DNA of 64,000 nt from an uncultured Phycisphaerales bacterium (lineage in GTDB: Bacteria; Planctomycetota; Phycisphaerae; Tepidisphaerales; Tepidisphaeraceae), in assembly GCA_963758525.1 (NCBI GenBank), contig CAVWVQ010000003.1, positions 576,001 to 640,000 on the forward strand, in the 5' to 3' direction. Each line of letters begins with the position of its first letter. The stretch's first letter is position 1. Under the pieces are notes generated by a model that worked only from the letters and a program-made list of their open reading frames with translations, searched no databases and had not been told where the DNA came from. This document shows, in pieces, positions 61,455-64,000 of this stretch. Made by a program: the position numbers and the translations under genes.

Positions 61455-63986
61455 CTACTTGCCCTGCGGCAGCAAGTCCGTTGCCACGAACTCGTAGGAG
61501 CCGGGAGTGATATCCAGCTCGAACGACTGGCCGACCTTGGAAATGTTGAGCAGACCGTCGATGCCCGGATTGGCCGCCTGACCGTGGTTCCAAACCACCT
61601 TGCCCCCAGAGGCGAGTTTCGGCGCCGATGCGGCGCCGATCGGCAGCGCGACGGTCGCCCGCGTTCCTGGCGGAATCGTCACCTTCAGGGTGAGTTGCCC
61701 CGGCTGCCGCCGCCAGTCGACAACGATGTCGCCATGAGGGCTGGGCACGACGCCGCGGGCAAAATCCAGATTGCATAGCGTGGGCCGGATCGCCAGCGTG
61801 GCAAAGCCGGGCGCCGTCGGCGTTACGCCCAGAATCTTGCTCGACATCTGGTAGGTGGGCGAGGCGATCCACCCATGGCTGTAGTCACCTCTTGTTGCGC
61901 CCATTTCCCGAACGGTCTGCGTTTCAGGCACCACCTGATACTCGTGCATTTTCGCAACGCCATATTTTCCAAAGAGTCCGGCATGGGCAAACGCATCGAA
62001 AACAAAATGCATGTAATAGGGCGTCACGTCCCAGTTTTTATTCTGGACCATCGTGTCGATGATTGCGGCTTGCCGATCCTCTGGAGCAAGATCATGTAAA
62101 ACGGCGATCGCGTTGTTCTGCACGCTGAAGCTTTCCATCCGTACGTCGGCCGGGAGCCACTTTCCCGGTCGGACTGACGTGACGAACGGCTTCCCGTCCC
62201 GGTACTGTTGCCGGTCCGGGTTCCACAGCTCTTTTTGGTAGGCCTCGGCAATCTGCCGGCGAAGCATCCCGTATTTCTCCGCATCGGCTGGATGGTTGGT
62301 CAGCTTCGCGACACGGATGGCATCGGCCAGCGCTCGATAAAAAAGCGCCGTCATGTACCCCTGCCCGATCACCGCCGGAGGATGATGACAATTGAACTGG
62401 ATCCTGGGGTCTTTGTCGTCATGCACGCTCGCCCAATCCATAAACATATAGTTTGGCGCTTCCGAGATGATCCCATTTTTGCCCAGATACGAGTTGAATT
62501 GATCAATCACCGCGTGGACATTGGGCGCCAGCTCCTCCACCATGCGCTGATCGCCGGTGTAGTCATAGTAATTCAGCAGCGACTGCAGCCAGTAGAAAAT
62601 GTAGCTGGTGTGGAACGTGTGATATTTGGCATTCTCCATCACCCACGACCACTTGCGCAGATCCTGCCGCGCCAGGGAGAAATTGGTGCCCATGGCGTTG
62701 TAATTCACCAGGTCGGCGATGAGATAATCCCCGTAATCGCTGATCGGTTCCTGATGCTGCGGCGAATCGAGATGATGCGTAATCATGCAGATCTGCGTCG
62801 ACCACCGGCCGCTTTTCCACAGCGTGTTGAGCGCTTCGTCGCTGCACGTGAACGATCCGCGATATTCGACCGGCTGCGACAGGAAATCGGCGCTGACATC
62901 CATGATCTCGATCGGGCTGGTCGCGTTTTTCACCAGGACGTTGATCGTGCCCAGCGCGTAATAGTCCCGGCTCTCAAAGTATTGAATGCCATCCCGCAAC
63001 TGCAACTGATAGACGCGACCGCCCCATGTATTGGTTTCGTTCGAAAGCAGATAGATCCGCGCGCCGTTGCAACCCTTGACGGCAATCCCGCATCGCCCTG
63101 CCATGATCTTGTTGAAATGAACCGCAAATTCACCCTCTCCCTTCACCACGATCGGGTGGCCCTTCTCGAAAGGCTTATCGGGGACGGTGACGCCGCCCGC
63201 GACGCGCGAAATCTCGAAGTAGGGATAGCGGGCCTCCATCAGCGGAGGGAGCTCACTGGTCACCAGGGTAGCGGAGGGCGGATCGCCGGGCGTGCAGGCA
63301 GGCCACGCCGAGTCGTCAAACCCAGGGAGCAGCCAGCCCGCAGGCTCCGCCGCGGCATCAAACAACGGGCGCTTGCCCTTGCCGAGCTTCTTCTCAAGTC
63401 CTGCCGGAATTTCGACGCTCTTCAGGTAAGCCGAGGAAGTCGCCTTCCATGACCCATCGGTCCGGATTGTCAGCGTCTGACCGTCCGCGTATTCGACCCG
63501 TGCCTCAAACTGAAAACCATTGCACCCGATCAATTCCGCCGCAACGGCGTTCTTACCCTGGCTGAAAAGAGGTGTCAGGTCGCGGCAATCGCAGAACCGT
63601 CGCCCGCTTGGGGTTCCAGTAAAGTCATGCCCCGCGTCCGCCGGCCCACGGGCCGCTGGCTTGCCGTTGATGTAGAGCAGGTAATTATCCGAGGTGATCC
63701 ACGCCGTCACCCTGGTCGGCTTTTGGGGCAACACGACTTCCGTGCGCATACAGGTGGCGGCGGAGTCACGCACGCGTGGCGACGAGGAAACGATCCACTT
63801 TGCCGACCAAGCCTCCTTCGACTCGGGCTGAACCCACACATAACCGGGCGCTTGCACCCCGTCCTGGTCCACCTTGACGGTCATCCCGGCATTTTGAATG
63901 GGCCCGCGCGTGTCGACCAGGCCGGCTGGCTCATCGGCTTGCGCTGCTGCCGCTGCGGTAAGTGCTAAAAAGATTCCGCAGATCAT
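61455..63986 (-). CDS. GH78-like alpha-L-rhamnosidase (true start possibly just beyond the window)
   Basis: Signal peptide, DNYLLYING, FTCSDEALN, MFMDW, TVREM..DYSHGWIASP, LGVTP..PGF, VPSPHGDI. Confidence 0.85.
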   Translation of the reverse strand: MICGIFLALTAAAAAQADEPAGLVDTRGPIQNAGMTVKVDQDGVQAPGYVWVQPESKEAWSAKWIVSSSPRVRDSAATCMRTEVVLPQKPTRVTAWITSDNYLLYINGKPAARGPADAGHDFTGTPSGRRFCDCRDLTPLFSQGKNAVAAELIGCNGFQFEARVEYADGQTLTIRTDGSWKATSSAYLKSVEIPAGLEKKLGKGKRPLFDAAAEPAGWLLPGFDDSAWPACTPGDPPSATLVTSELPPLMEARYPYFEISRVAGGVTVPDKPFEKGHPIVVKGEGEFAVHFNKIMAGRCGIAVKGCNGARIYLLSNETNTWGGRVYQLQLRDGIQYFESRDYYALGTINVLVKNATSPIEIMDVSADFLSQPVEYRGSFTCSDEALNTLWKSGRWSTQICMITHHLDSPQHQEPISDYGDYLIADLVNYNAMGTNFSLARQDLRKWSWVMENAKYHTFHTSYIFYWLQSLLNYYDYTGDQRMVEELAPNVHAVIDQFNSYLGKNGIISEAPNYMFMDWASVHDDKDPRIQFNCHHPPAVIGQGYMTALFYRALADAIRVAKLTNHPADAEKYGMLRRQIAEAYQKELWNPDRQQYRDGKPFVTSVRPGKWLPADVRMESFSVQNNAIAVLHDLAPEDRQAAIIDTMVQNKNWDVTPYYMHFVFDAFAHAGLFGKYGVAKMHEYQVVPETQTVREMGATRGDYSHGWIASPTYQMSSKILGVTPTAPGFATLAIRPTLCNLDFARGVVPSPHGDIVVDWRRQPGQLTLKVTIPPGTRATVALPIGAASAPKLASGGKVVWNHGQAANPGIDGLLNISKVGQSFELDITPGSYEFVATDLLPQGK

Positions 63987-64000
63987 TTCTCGTAGCTTCA

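Overview
GC-rich bacterial chromosomal window, most likely Planctomycetota of the Phycisphaerae/Tepidisphaerales type. This is inferred from LEPR-like N-terminal motifs, recurrent (A/T)TQP motifs in exported proteins, an ECF sigma/Ser-Thr kinase pair and a planctomycete-style T2SS. In order, the window holds: ECF sigma plus membrane kinase; dinB; a small ORF coupled to an accessory-type dCTP deaminase; class I aldolase; an accessory island (HhH-GPD glycosylase-like gene, DUF2075 nuclease-helicase, two vsr copies bracketing a HigBA-type toxin-antitoxin pair); lpxI; a galU-like gene; a Tat ferritin-like protein; MarR-EmrAB; a YgiB/YgiC/DUF350-like module; a Rieske protein and an outer-membrane barrel with a Fur-like box; a ~24 kb co-directional minus-strand run (ECF, anti-sigma, two helical periplasmic proteins, gspEFGHIJKLM-C-like-D, lipoprotein, mdtABC); a DUF6036 nucleotidyltransferase pair; DUF3300/DUF2950; Fic; STAS; CtpA; argS; and a GH78 rhamnosidase. 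About a dozen single-base frameshifts in otherwise intact genes suggest long-read consensus errors. The most striking signal is a dense repeat ecosystem. It includes GTAG/GTGG REPs, a 143-bp MITE with 8-bp target duplications that carries a REP doublet, inverted 7/8/10-mer tandem arrays (one still enclosing an internally deleted GxxExxY gene), and palindromic repeats sitting in frame in the N-terminal leaders of several T2SS genes. No rRNA, tRNA or CRISPR array was seen. All family assignments are by motif recognition from memory, not by database search.
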